Shown here: positions 1 through 11,935 of the stretch, in pieces
How the letters are laid out: every line of letters starts with the position of its first letter
How positions within the stretch are numbered: the first letter of the stretch is position 1
Source: Escherichia coli
GTDB lineage: Bacteria; Pseudomonadota; Gammaproteobacteria; Enterobacterales; Enterobacteriaceae
Length of the DNA stretch: 64,000 nt
Strand: one strand, 5' to 3'
Assembly (NCBI RefSeq): GCF_046105845.1
Contig: NZ_CP151004.1
Notes under the pieces: model-generated
Database searches by the model: none
The model's input: the letters and a program-made list of their open reading frames with translations, nothing else
Told to the model about the DNA's origin: nothing
Position numbers and translations under genes: made by a program

Positions 1-23
1 GCATAGGCTATTCGAAGGGGTAG

Positions 24-539
<516 letters not shown>

Positions 540-551
540 TCGGGATTATAG

Positions 552-947
<396 letters not shown>

Positions 948-979
948 TTGGCTTCTGCTCCGGCAGAAAACAATTTGCG

Positions 980-1008
980 AAAAAACCCGCTTCGGCGGGT
1001 TTTTTTAT
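980..1008 (+). terminator. Intrinsic terminator after rplM-rpsI
   Basis: GC stem cccgc/gcggg with ttcg loop followed by T7 run (aaaaaacccgcttcggcgggttttttt). Confidence 0.8.
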
Positions 1009-1341
1009 GGCTAAATTCTGAATCAGCGTAAAAAATGGAAAGTTGCTTTTTGCTGCCGTCTGACAGACAGGTAAAACAAAAACCACATCGCCAATAAGGG
1101 ACTAAGTCAACTATTTCAGACTAAAGCGCATCTCTTTTTCCCCATTTCCGGCATCGACTCACCACAAAGGTCGCAAAATCTGGTAAACTATCATCCAATT
1201 TTCTGCCCAAATGTCGGGTATTGCTCATTTTTTGTTTGATTTTCGAACAAAGAGAGTCGTTCCTTACTGGGTAACACAACTTCTGACTGGCCACCTGGTG
1301 GCTGGTAGCAGTAAAAATTCTGACTATACCTGGAGGTTTTC

Positions 1342-1980
1342 ATGGCTGTCGCTGCCAACAAACGTTCGGTAATGACGCTGTTTTCCGGTCCTACTGACAT
1401 CTATAGCCATCAGGTCCGCATTGTGCTGGCTGAGAAAGGTGTAAGTTTCGAGATCGAACACGTGGAAAAGGACAATCCGCCTCAGGATCTGATTGACCTC
1501 AACCCGAATCAGAGCGTTCCGACCCTGGTGGATCGTGAGCTGACCCTGTGGGAATCTCGCATCATTATGGAATATCTGGATGAGCGTTTCCCGCATCCGC
1601 CACTGATGCCTGTTTACCCGGTAGCTCGCGGTGAAAGCCGTCTGTACATGCATCGCATCGAAAAAGATTGGTACACGCTGATGAACACCATCATCAACGG
1701 TTCAGCTTCTGAAGCAGATGCCGCACGTAAGCAACTGCGCGAAGAACTGCTGGCGATTGCGCCGGTCTTCGGTCAGAAGCCGTACTTCCTGAGCGATGAG
1801 TTCAGCCTGGTCGATTGCTACCTTGCTCCGCTGCTGTGGCGTTTGCCGCAACTGGGCATCGAGTTCAGCGGCCCGGGTGCGAAAGAGCTGAAAGGCTATA
1901 TGACCCGCGTCTTTGAGCGTGACTCTTTCCTTGCTTCTTTAACTGAAGCTGAACGTGAAATGCGTCTGGGCCGGAGTTAA
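1342..1980 (+). CDS. sspA: Stringent starvation protein A (GST-like RNAP-associated protein)
   Basis: 212-aa ORF matching SspA sequence and length; followed by sspB. Confidence 0.95.
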   Translation: MAVAANKRSVMTLFSGPTDIYSHQVRIVLAEKGVSFEIEHVEKDNPPQDLIDLNPNQSVPTLVDRELTLWESRIIMEYLDERFPHPPLMPVYPVARGESRLYMHRIEKDWYTLMNTIINGSASEADAARKQLREELLAIAPVFGQKPYFLSDEFSLVDCYLAPLLWRLPQLGIEFSGPGAKELKGYMTRVFERDSFLASLTEAEREMRLGRS

Positions 1981-1985
1981 TCTGT

Positions 1986-2483
1986 ATGGATTTGTCACAG
2001 CTAACACCACGTCGTCCCTATCTGCTGCGTGCATTCTATGAGTGGTTGCTGGATAACCAGCTCACGCCGCACCTGGTGGTGGATGTGACGCTCCCTGGCG
2101 TGCAGGTTCCTATGGAATATGCGCGTGACGGGCAAATCGTACTCAACATTGCGCCGCGAGCTGTCGGCAATCTGGAACTGGCGAATGATGAGGTGCGCTT
2201 TAACGCGCGCTTTGGTGGCATTCCGCGTCAGGTTTCTGTGCCGCTGGCTGCCGTGCTGGCTATCTACGCCCGTGAAAATGGCGCAGGCACGATGTTTGAA
2301 CCTGAAGCTGCCTACGATGAAGATGCCAGCATCATGAATGATGAAGAGGCATCGGCAGACAACGAAACCGTTATGTCGGTTATTGATGGCGACAAGCCAG
2401 ATCACGATGATGACACTCATCCTGACGATGAACCACCGCAGCCACCACGTGGTGGTCGACCAGCATTACGCGTTGTGAAGTAA
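1986..2483 (+). CDS. sspB: Stringent starvation protein B (ClpXP adaptor)
   Basis: 165-aa ORF with acidic C-terminal tail typical of SspB; 5 nt after sspA stop. Confidence 0.95.
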   Translation: MDLSQLTPRRPYLLRAFYEWLLDNQLTPHLVVDVTLPGVQVPMEYARDGQIVLNIAPRAVGNLELANDEVRFNARFGGIPRQVSVPLAAVLAIYARENGAGTMFEPEAAYDEDASIMNDEEASADNETVMSVIDGDKPDHDDDTHPDDEPPQPPRGGRPALRVVK

Positions 2484-2487
2484 TACT

Positions 2488-2520
2488 AAAACAGGCCCTG
2501 GCGGCCTGTTTTGTCTTTTT
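2488..2520. terminator. Hairpin plus T-run between convergent sspB and dcuD
   Basis: acaggcc/ggcctgt stem followed by ttttgtcttttt; lies between two convergent stops. Confidence 0.7.
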
Positions 2521-2526
2521 AATGAC

Positions 2527-3894
2527 TTAATAAAATAGCGTGATTGTGGCAATCATATTCACCACGAAACCGACTGCCATGGGGATCGCTGTCCGCTTCA
2601 CTACCGCAAAAGGCGAAACGCCTGCAATTCCTGACGTAACGACCACCACCGCAGTAATCGGCGAAACAGCGCGCGCTAGCGTCGTGGCAAAATGCATCGG
2701 CATAATCATTACAACCGCTGGTACATGTAGTCCGGCTGCGATATTCGGAATAAGACTGGCAAATGACATAAACGGCGCATTGCCTGAGCCCATCACAATG
2801 GCACAAATGGCAATGACCAGCGCCATAATAATCATCACGCCAATACCGCCCAGGCCAGAATGCTCCGCACCCCTGATAACCGCATCGACAGTGCCAATCG
2901 TCGTTAAGCCTTTCGCAAATATTTCACCCGCGACCACCAGCGTTACCACGTTGGCAAACTGCGTACCCATGCCGTCAAAAAACGCCTGCACATCGTCCAT
3001 TGTTTCGCGCAAGTTATGCTTGCGGAAGAACTCAACAAACATCGTCACCGTCAAACTCAGTAACATCACCACCACCAGATGCAGTTCTGACTGCATCAGC
3101 CCGACGTGGGCAAGGAACAGCGAGCCGAGCATCAGGATTAACGGCATCACCGGTAAAATGGCGTAATAGAGCGGCGGGACATTATCGAGAGCTTTTTGCT
3201 CTGCCTGTTCGTGATTGATATTTTTATCTTTTTTGTCGAAAGCGCGTTGCACGAAAAAGTGGGAGATCGCCACCGAGATAATGACGCAAGAGGCGACCGG
3301 AAGCTGGTAGTGGAAGAAGTAAGTGGCAATTTTCATTCCTGCGACCTGGGCAGCAAAAATAGAGTTCGTTTCCAGAATCCCCCACTCAATGGACATGGTG
3401 GTTGCGATAACCGCCACCGCAGAGAGACGACTTACTCCCAGACTCACCAGCGTCGGAAATAAGGTGACCATCAGCAACATACCCAGACCGGAGGCGCTGG
3501 TAATAAACTGCGCCATGATTTGGCCGATGACGTAAGTTGCCGACAGAATAATATACGGCGAGCGAATGAGTTTTAACGGGCGGCTTAACAAGCTCACCAT
3601 CGCGCGACTTGCCCCTATGCGCTCCATATAGCGGGCATAACCGCCCACTGCCATAATCGACAGCCCCAATCCGGCAATGCGGTTGGACAGCATGCGCAGG
3701 ATTTCATTATAAATATCGACGATCAAGTAGCCGCTGCTTTTGGCGGGATCGAGCACACCACCGAACCCTAACCAGACACCGCACATCATCAGGAAGATAC
3801 CTGCGGCAGCCAGCACCACCTGAGGTTTGTAGTTTTTCAGGATCAAATAGCCCATCGTAATTAATACGATGACAGATATAATTATGCCGAACAT
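2527..3894 (-). CDS. dcuD: Anaerobic C4-dicarboxylate transporter, DcuC family
   Basis: Polytopic membrane protein; track ORF 461 aa, start moved to MFGIIISV to give 455 aa; position next to sspB as in K-12. Confidence 0.85.
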   Translation of the reverse strand: MFGIIISVIVLITMGYLILKNYKPQVVLAAAGIFLMMCGVWLGFGGVLDPAKSSGYLIVDIYNEILRMLSNRIAGLGLSIMAVGGYARYMERIGASRAMVSLLSRPLKLIRSPYIILSATYVIGQIMAQFITSASGLGMLLMVTLFPTLVSLGVSRLSAVAVIATTMSIEWGILETNSIFAAQVAGMKIATYFFHYQLPVASCVIISVAISHFFVQRAFDKKDKNINHEQAEQKALDNVPPLYYAILPVMPLILMLGSLFLAHVGLMQSELHLVVVMLLSLTVTMFVEFFRKHNLRETMDDVQAFFDGMGTQFANVVTLVVAGEIFAKGLTTIGTVDAVIRGAEHSGLGGIGVMIIMALVIAICAIVMGSGNAPFMSFASLIPNIAAGLHVPAVVMIMPMHFATTLARAVSPITAVVVVTSGIAGVSPFAVVKRTAIPMAVGFVVNMIATITLFY

Positions 3895-4273
3895 TGTTGA
3901 ACTCCGTGTCAAAAGAAAACGGTCAATCCCATAAACGGCAGATTGAAAACAATGATGTTATATTTTTTGCAAGGCTATTTATGGTGCGGATGTCGTGTTT
4001 TTAATTGTAGGTGAGGTGATTTTTCATTAAAAAATATGCGCTTATGATTATTTTGTAAGAACACATTCATAATATTCATAATGCTCGTGAATAGTCTTAT
4101 AAATAATTCAATCGGGATGTTTTTATCTGCGTTACATTAATTTTTCGCAATAGTTAATTATTCCGTTAATTATGGTAATGATGAGGCACAAAGAGAAAAC
4201 CCTGCCATTTTCCCCTACTTTCAATCCTGTGATAGGATGTCACTGATGATGTTAATCACACTGACCTTACAGA

Positions 4274-5065
4274 ATGGGCCTTATGAACGCATTTGATTCG
4301 CAAACCGAAGATTCTTCACCTGCAATTGGTCGCAACTTGCGTAGCCGCCCGCTGGCGCGTAAAAAACTCTCCGAAATGGTGGAAGAAGAGCTGGAACAGA
4401 TGATCCGCCGTCGTGAATTTGGCGAAGGTGAACAATTACCGTCTGAACGCGAACTGATGGCGTTCTTTAACGTCGGGCGTCCTTCGGTGCGCGAAGCGCT
4501 GGCAGCGTTAAAACGCAAAGGTCTGGTGCAGATAAACAACGGCGAACGCGCTCGCGTCTCACGTCCTTCTGCGGACACCATCATCGGCGAGCTTTCCGGC
4601 ATGGCGAAAGATTTCCTTTCTCATCCTGGCGGGATTGCCCATTTCGAACAATTACGTCTGTTCTTTGAATCCAGCCTGGTGCGCTATGCGGCTGAACACG
4701 CCACCGATGAACAAATCGATTTGCTGGCAAAAGCACTGGAAATCAACAGTCAGTCGCTGGATAACAACGCGGCATTCATTCGCTCAGACGTTGATTTCCA
4801 CCGCGTTCTGGCGGAGATCCCCGGTAACCCAATCTTCATGGCGATCCACGTTGCCCTGCTCGACTGGCTGATCGCCGCACGTCCAACCGTGGCTGATCAG
4901 GCTCTGCACGAGCATAACAACGTTAGCTATCAACAGCATATTGCGATCGTTGACGCGATCCGGCGTCATGATCCTGACGAAGCCGATCGTGCGTTGCAAT
5001 CGCATCTCAACAGCGTCTCTGCTACCTGGCACGCCTTCGGTCAGACCACCAACAAAAAGAAATAA
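4274..5065 (+). CDS. nanR: GntR-family repressor of sialic acid catabolism
   Basis: 263-aa ORF matching NanR; divergent from dcuD, upstream of nanA. Confidence 0.93.
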   Translation: MGLMNAFDSQTEDSSPAIGRNLRSRPLARKKLSEMVEEELEQMIRRREFGEGEQLPSERELMAFFNVGRPSVREALAALKRKGLVQINNGERARVSRPSADTIIGELSGMAKDFLSHPGGIAHFEQLRLFFESSLVRYAAEHATDEQIDLLAKALEINSQSLDNNAAFIRSDVDFHRVLAEIPGNPIFMAIHVALLDWLIAARPTVADQALHEHNNVSYQQHIAIVDAIRRHDPDEADRALQSHLNSVSATWHAFGQTTNKKK

Positions 5066-5128
5066 TGCCACTTTAGTGAAGCAGATCGCATTATAAGCTT
5101 TCTGTATGGGGTGTTGCTTAATTGATCT

Positions 5129-5151
5129 GGTATAACAGGTATAAAGGTATA
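5129..5151 (+). promoter_or_regulatory. NanR operator: three direct GGTATA repeats in nanA promoter
   Basis: ggtataacaggtataaaggtata read directly about 40 nt upstream of nanA start; matches the known Nan box architecture. Confidence 0.85.
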
Positions 5152-5186
5152 TCGTTTATCAGACAAGCATCACTTCAGAGGTATTT

Positions 5187-6080
5187 ATGGCAACGAATTT
5201 ACGTGGCGTAATGGCTGCACTCCTGACTCCTTTTGATCAACAACAAGCACTGGATAAAGCGAGTCTGCGTCGCCTGGTTCAGTTCAATATTCAGCAGGGC
5301 ATTGACGGTTTATACGTGGGTGGTTCGACCGGCGAAGCCTTTGTACAAAGCCTTTCCGAGCGTGAACAGGTACTGGAAATCGTCGCCGAAGAGGCGAAAG
5401 GTAAGATTAAACTCATCGCCCACGTCGGTTGTGTCAGCACCGCCGAAAGCCAACAACTTGCGGCATCGGCTAAACGTTATGGCTTCGATGCCGTCTCCGC
5501 CGTCACGCCGTTCTACTATCCTTTCAGCTTTGAAGAACACTGCGATCACTATCGGGCAATTATTGATTCGGCGGATGGTTTGCCGATGGTGGTGTACAAC
5601 ATTCCTGCCCTGAGCGGGGTAAAACTAACCCTGGATCAGATCAACACCCTGGTTACGCTGCCTGGTGTCGGCGCGCTGAAACAGACCTCTGGCGATCTCT
5701 ATCAGATGGAACAGATCCGTCGTGAACATCCTGATCTGGTGCTCTATAACGGTTACGACGAAATCTTCGCCTCTGGTCTTCTGGCGGGCGCTGATGGTGG
5801 TATCGGTAGTACCTACAACATCATGGGCTGGCGTTATCAGGGGATTGTGAAGGCGCTGAAAGAAGGCGATATCCAGACCGCGCAGAAGCTGCAAACCGAA
5901 TGTAATAAAGTCATTGATTTACTGATCAAAACGGGCGTATTCCGCGGCCTGAAAACGGTCCTGCATTATATGGATGTCGTTTCTGTGCCGCTGTGCCGCA
6001 AACCGTTTGGACCGGTAGATGAAAAATATCTGCCAGAACTGAAGGCGTTGGCCCAGCAGTTGATGCAAGAGCGCGGGTGA
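5187..6080 (+). CDS. nanA: N-acetylneuraminate lyase
   Basis: 297-aa ORF matching NanA ([16 protein letters not shown]...). Confidence 0.95.
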
Positions 6081-6188
6081 GTTGTTTCCCCTCGCTCGCC
6101 CCTACCGGGTGAGGGGAAATAAACGCATCTGTACCCTACAATTTTCATACCAAAGCGTGTGGGCATCGCCCACCGCGGGAGACTCACA

Positions 6189-7679
6189 ATGAGTACTACA
6201 ACCCAGAATATCCCGTGGTATCGCCATCTCAATCGTGCACAATGGCGGGCATTTTCCGCTGCCTGGTTGGGATATCTGCTTGACGGTTTTGATTTCGTTT
6301 TAATCGCCCTGGTACTCACCGAAGTACAAGGTGAATTCGGGCTGACGACGGTGCAGGCGGCAAGTCTGATCTCCGCAGCCTTTATCTCTCGCTGGTTCGG
6401 CGGCCTGATGCTCGGCGCTATGGGTGACCGCTACGGGCGTCGTCTGGCAATGGTCACCAGCATCGTTCTCTTCTCGGCCGGGACGCTGGCCTGCGGCTTT
6501 GCGCCAGGCTACATCACCATGTTTATCGCTCGTCTGGTCATCGGCATGGGGATGGCGGGTGAATACGGTTCCAGCGCCACCTATGTCATTGAAAGCTGGC
6601 CAAAACATCTGCGTAATAAAGCCAGTGGTTTTCTGATTTCCGGCTTCTCTGTGGGGGCCGTCGTTGCCGCTCAGGTCTATAGCCTGGTGGTTCCGGTCTG
6701 GGGCTGGCGTGCGCTGTTCTTTATCGGCATTTTGCCAATCATCTTTGCTCTCTGGCTGCGTAAAAACATCCCGGAAGCGGAAGACTGGAAAGAGAAACAT
6801 GCTGGTAAAGCACCAGTACGCACGATGGTAGATATTCTCTACCGTGGTGAACATCGCATTGCCAATATCGTAATGACACTGGCGGCGGCTACTGCGCTGT
6901 GGTTTTGCTTCGCCGGTAACCTGCAAAATGCCGCGATCGTCGCTGTTCTTGGGCTGTTATGCGCCGCAATCTTTATCAGCTTTATGGTGCAAAGTACGGG
7001 CAAACGCTGGCCAACGGGCGTAATGCTGATGGTGGTCGTGTTGTTTGCTTTCCTCTACTCATGGCCGATTCAGGCGCTGCTGCCAACGTATCTGAAAACC
7101 GATCTGGCTTATAACCCGCATACTGTCGCCAATGTGCTGTTCTTTAGTGGCTTTGGCGCGGCGGTGGGATGCTGCGTAGGTGGCTTCCTCGGTGACTGGC
7201 TGGGAACCCGCAAAGCGTACGTTTGTAGCCTGCTGGCCTCGCAGCTGCTGATTATTCCGGTATTTGCGATTGGCGGCGCAAACGTCTGGGTGCTCGGTCT
7301 GTTACTGTTCTTCCAGCAAATGCTTGGACAAGGGATCGCCGGGATCTTACCGAAACTGATTGGCGGTTATTTCGATACCGACCAGCGTGCAGCGGGCCTG
7401 GGCTTTACCTACAACGTCGGCGCATTGGGCGGTGCACTGGCCCCAATCATCGGCGCGTTGATCGCTCAACGTCTGGATCTGGGTACTGCGCTGGCATCGC
7501 TCTCGTTCAGTCTGACATTTGTGGTGATCCTGCTGATTGGTCTGGATATGCCTTCCCGCGTTCAGCGTTGGTTGCGCCCGGAAGCATTGCGTACTCATGA
7601 CGCTATCGACGGCAAACCATTTAGCGGTGCCGTGCCATTTGGCCGCGCCAAAAACGATTTAGTCAAAACCAAAAGTTAA
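6189..7679 (+). CDS. nanT: Sialic acid MFS transporter
   Basis: Track ORF 506 aa; conserved start [15 protein letters not shown] gives 496 aa; polytopic MFS protein. Confidence 0.93.
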   Translation: MSTTTQNIPWYRHLNRAQWRAFSAAWLGYLLDGFDFVLIALVLTEVQGEFGLTTVQAASLISAAFISRWFGGLMLGAMGDRYGRRLAMVTSIVLFSAGTLACGFAPGYITMFIARLVIGMGMAGEYGSSATYVIESWPKHLRNKASGFLISGFSVGAVVAAQVYSLVVPVWGWRALFFIGILPIIFALWLRKNIPEAEDWKEKHAGKAPVRTMVDILYRGEHRIANIVMTLAAATALWFCFAGNLQNAAIVAVLGLLCAAIFISFMVQSTGKRWPTGVMLMVVVLFAFLYSWPIQALLPTYLKTDLAYNPHTVANVLFFSGFGAAVGCCVGGFLGDWLGTRKAYVCSLLASQLLIIPVFAIGGANVWVLGLLLFFQQMLGQGIAGILPKLIGGYFDTDQRAAGLGFTYNVGALGGALAPIIGALIAQRLDLGTALASLSFSLTFVVILLIGLDMPSRVQRWLRPEALRTHDAIDGKPFSGAVPFGRAKNDLVKTKS

Positions 7680-7726
7680 TCCTGTTGCCCGGTCTCTGTA
7701 CCGGGCCTTTCGCTAAGGGAAGATGT

Positions 7727-8412
7727 ATGTCGTTACTTGCACAACTGGATCAAAAAATCGCTGCTAACGGTGGCCTGATTGTCTCCTGCCAGCCGGTTCC
7801 GGACAGCCCGCTCGATAAACCCGAAATCGTCGCCGCCATGGCATTAGCGGCAGAACAGGCGGGCGCGGTTGCCATTCGCATTGAAGGTGTGGCAAATCTG
7901 CAAGCCGCGCGTGCGGTGGTGAGCGTGCCAATTATCGGGATTGTGAAACGCGATCTGGAGGATTCTCCGGTACGCATCACGGCCTATATTGAAGATGTTG
8001 ATGCGCTGGCGCAGGCGGGCGCGGACATTATCGCCATTGACGGCACCGACCGCCCGCGTCCGGTGCCTGTTGAAACGTTGCTGGCACGTATTCACCATCA
8101 CGGTTTACTGGCGATGACCGACTGTTCCACGCCGGAAGACGGCCTGGCATGCCAAAAGCTGGGAGCCGAAATTATTGGCACTACGCTTTCTGGCTATACC
8201 ACGCCTGAAACGCCAGAAGAGCCGGATCTGGCGCTGGTGAAAACGTTGAGCGACGCCGGATGTCGAGTGATTGCCGAAGGGCGTTACAACACGCCTGCTC
8301 AGGCGGCGGATGCGATGCGCCACGGCGCGTGGGCGGTGACGGTCGGTTCTGCCATTACGCGTCTTGAACACATTTGTCAGTGGTACAACACAGCGATGAA
8401 AAAGGCGGTGCT

Positions 8413-8416
<4 letters not shown>
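7727..8416 (+). CDS. nanE: N-acetylmannosamine-6-phosphate 2-epimerase
   Basis: Track ORF 243 aa; start at [16 protein letters not shown] gives 229 aa. Confidence 0.92.
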
Positions 8417-9749
<1,333 letters not shown>

Positions 9750-9824
9750 ATTTATTAGATCAGGTGTGACCTGACCCATCTTTGGCACAGAGCCAAACCT
9801 GAACTGACGGACCGCTCTGTGCCA

Positions 9825-10130
9825 TTACCTGACGTTGTATTCTTTTATGTTAACACCCTTGATACTGTATATACCTGTCCGCTTAATTCGCTTGCCCTTT
9901 TTATTCGTAATAGTTGCTGTAAGTGTACTGCAGCGAATGGAATGACGTTCATCAATCACCAGCCGAATTGCTTCTGAAGCATCTTCCACCTCTAGAAGGT
10001 CGTGAGTCTTATTTAAGCCGAATGGAACAAGGTGGAAGGCCGTTTTTCCAGATGATTTTCTGGTTATTTTTACTGGATACAACACATCACCACTTTTATG
10101 GATTAATTCAAGCTGTTCAATGTAAATCAT
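9825..10130 (-). CDS. Hypothetical protein, 101 aa, in AT-rich segment
   Basis: ORF with AGGAA Shine-Dalgarno 8 nt upstream of ATG; about 40% GC by eye; no recognised family. Confidence 0.4.
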   Translation of the reverse strand: MIYIEQLELIHKSGDVLYPVKITRKSSGKTAFHLVPFGLNKTHDLLEVEDASEAIRLVIDERHSIRCSTLTATITNKKGKRIKRTGIYSIKGVNIKEYNVR

Positions 10131-10217
10131 GGCAACTTTCCTTCGTTTATCTGCATGAATATATAAACCGAAAATAGGAGATGCAATACAAAAGCTGTGG
10201 AAATATCAAATAGCCTC

Positions 10218-10574
10218 TCAATTTGGCAGACAGCGTCTGCCAAATCTTTGCCGATGGGAATTCTGCAGAATTTCAACATGTTGATAAAAAAGGTAAAAAA
10301 GCTTCATTTGGCGTAAGTTTTTTGCAGAGACCCCACGTTTATACCGTCGACTTAAATCCTGCGATAACCGATCAATCAGCTGTGCAGCATAAGCCGCTCT
10401 TGCCTCGCCGCCTTGTTCAAATTCGACAATTCGTCGGCCAATTTCCCAGTATGTGGCGGTCATTAACGCGTTAACACTACGTACCGTTTCCGTCCGGGCG
10501 CTATCGACCAGGTGAATAATACCGTCGTGGATTTGCTGGTAGCCTGTTGAGGTTCTCTCTGAGAGCGATTCCAT
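10218..10574 (-). pseudogene. N-terminal fragment of DUF1016/YhcG-like (PDDEXK nuclease family) protein, truncated
   Basis: 118-aa ORF with TYWEIGRRIVEFEQ...NLRQMKLFYLFY resembling the N-terminal domain of DUF1016 proteins; full-length members about 340-375 aa; C-terminal nuclease domain absent. Confidence 0.5.
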
Positions 10575-10727
10575 TATCTGTCCCTTTATATGGCGCTGCG
10601 TTGAATAATGGAATCAGCTATACGCCGGGCATCTACCGGTAACAATCCAGATGAGCGTATTACATTGGTTTTCTTCACATTATGCGAGGCACCTTCCAGC
10701 GAGGTGTCACGTTGTGGTGAAGATAAA

Positions 10728-10758
10728 TCAAAAAAGGCCGGAGCGGGCGTATCCGGCC
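10728..10758 (-). terminator. Intrinsic terminator ending the five-gene operon
   Basis: Minus strand reads GGCCGGA-TACGCCCGC-TCCGGCC followed by T-run, 8 nt after the VWA gene stop. Confidence 0.8.
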
Positions 10759-10765
10759 AGAATTT

Positions 10766-11935
10766 TCAGGCGGTTTCTCTTGCTGTCACTACGCCATTTT
10801 GCGCAGCCCACAGATTCACATCTTCCTTACGAATGGCGGCGGCCATCATGCCGGGGAATAAATCTGGGGTACAGGCAAAGGAGGGAATACCCATGGCGGC
10901 GAGTTTTCCTGCCAGTGACCGGTCGTAAAACGGCGCACCTTCATCGCTTAAGGCCAGCAGGGTAACCACCTGTACGCCGGACTGAATCAACTCACTGGCG
11001 CGTTGCAACAGATTGCGTTCCACCCCGCCTTCGTAGAGGTCGGAAATCAGCACCAGAATGGTATTGCGCGGATCGCGAATCAAAGACTGGCAGTAGCCCA
11101 CCGCGCGGTTGATGTCGGTGCCGCCACCCAGCTGTACGCCAAACAGCAGCTCTACCGGATCGTCGAGCTTCTCTGTCATATCAACGACTGCGGTGTCGAA
11201 AACCACCAGATGCGTTTTTACCGCCGGGAGCGATGCCATTACTGCGCCAAAAATACTGGAATAGACCACCGAGGAGGCCATCGACCCACTCTGGTCGATA
11301 CATAAAATGATCTCCTTTTGCGTGCGTTGAGACTTGCGCCCGTAGCCGATCAGCGTTTCAGGAACAATACTTTTATACTCTTCCTGCCAGTGGCGCAGGT
11401 TGGCGCGAATGGTGCGCTGCCAGTCAATTTCCGCGTGGCGCGGGCGACGATTACGTACCGCACGATTAAGAGCGCCGCTTACCGCGCTACGCATTGGCTC
11501 TTCAAGCTGTTTCATCAATTGCTCGACAACTTTACGCACCACAAGCCTGGCGGTTTCTTTGGTTTTGGCCGGAATTACGCCATTCAGCGACATCAGCGTG
11601 GAGACCAGATGAACATCAGGCTGGACGTTTGCCAGCATCTCTGGCTCCAGCAGCATACTGTGCAAATTAAGACGTTCAAAGGCGTCTTTTTGCATCACCT
11701 GAACCACAGAAGAAGGGAAATACTGGCGAATATCACCCAGCCAGCGAGCGACTTTGGGTGACGATCCACCCGTGCCGCCGCGTAATCCATGTTTACCGTC
11801 TGGCTGATAGAGCGCCGCCAGCGCGGCATCAATCGCGGACTCTCTGGCATCCAGCGCCACGTTACAGGCATTGTCGGCATCTTCTCCAAGGATCAGACGC
11901 CAGCGGCGCAGCCGTTCCATTTCGTTACTCGACAT
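10766..11935 (-). CDS. VWA-domain protein with MIDAS motif (CoxE-like)
   Basis: 389 aa; DxSxS motif in ILCIDQSGSMASS and downstream VLISDLYEGG; N-terminal RWRLILGE typical of CoxE-type VWA proteins; AGGGA SD upstream; 11-nt overlap with upstream gene. Confidence 0.8.
   Translation of the reverse strand: MSSNEMERLRRWRLILGEDADNACNVALDARESAIDAALAALYQPDGKHGLRGGTGGSSPKVARWLGDIRQYFPSSVVQVMQKDAFERLNLHSMLLEPEMLANVQPDVHLVSTLMSLNGVIPAKTKETARLVVRKVVEQLMKQLEEPMRSAVSGALNRAVRNRRPRHAEIDWQRTIRANLRHWQEEYKSIVPETLIGYGRKSQRTQKEIILCIDQSGSMASSVVYSSIFGAVMASLPAVKTHLVVFDTAVVDMTEKLDDPVELLFGVQLGGGTDINRAVGYCQSLIRDPRNTILVLISDLYEGGVERNLLQRASELIQSGVQVVTLLALSDEGAPFYDRSLAGKLAAMGIPSFACTPDLFPGMMAAAIRKEDVNLWAAQNGVVTARETA

Noticed and set aside
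2540-3166. 208-aa plus-strand ORF
   Set aside because: Antisense within dcuD; Thr/Ala/Ile-rich shadow of a membrane protein gene.
6300-6926. 208-aa minus-strand ORF
   Set aside because: Antisense within nanT.
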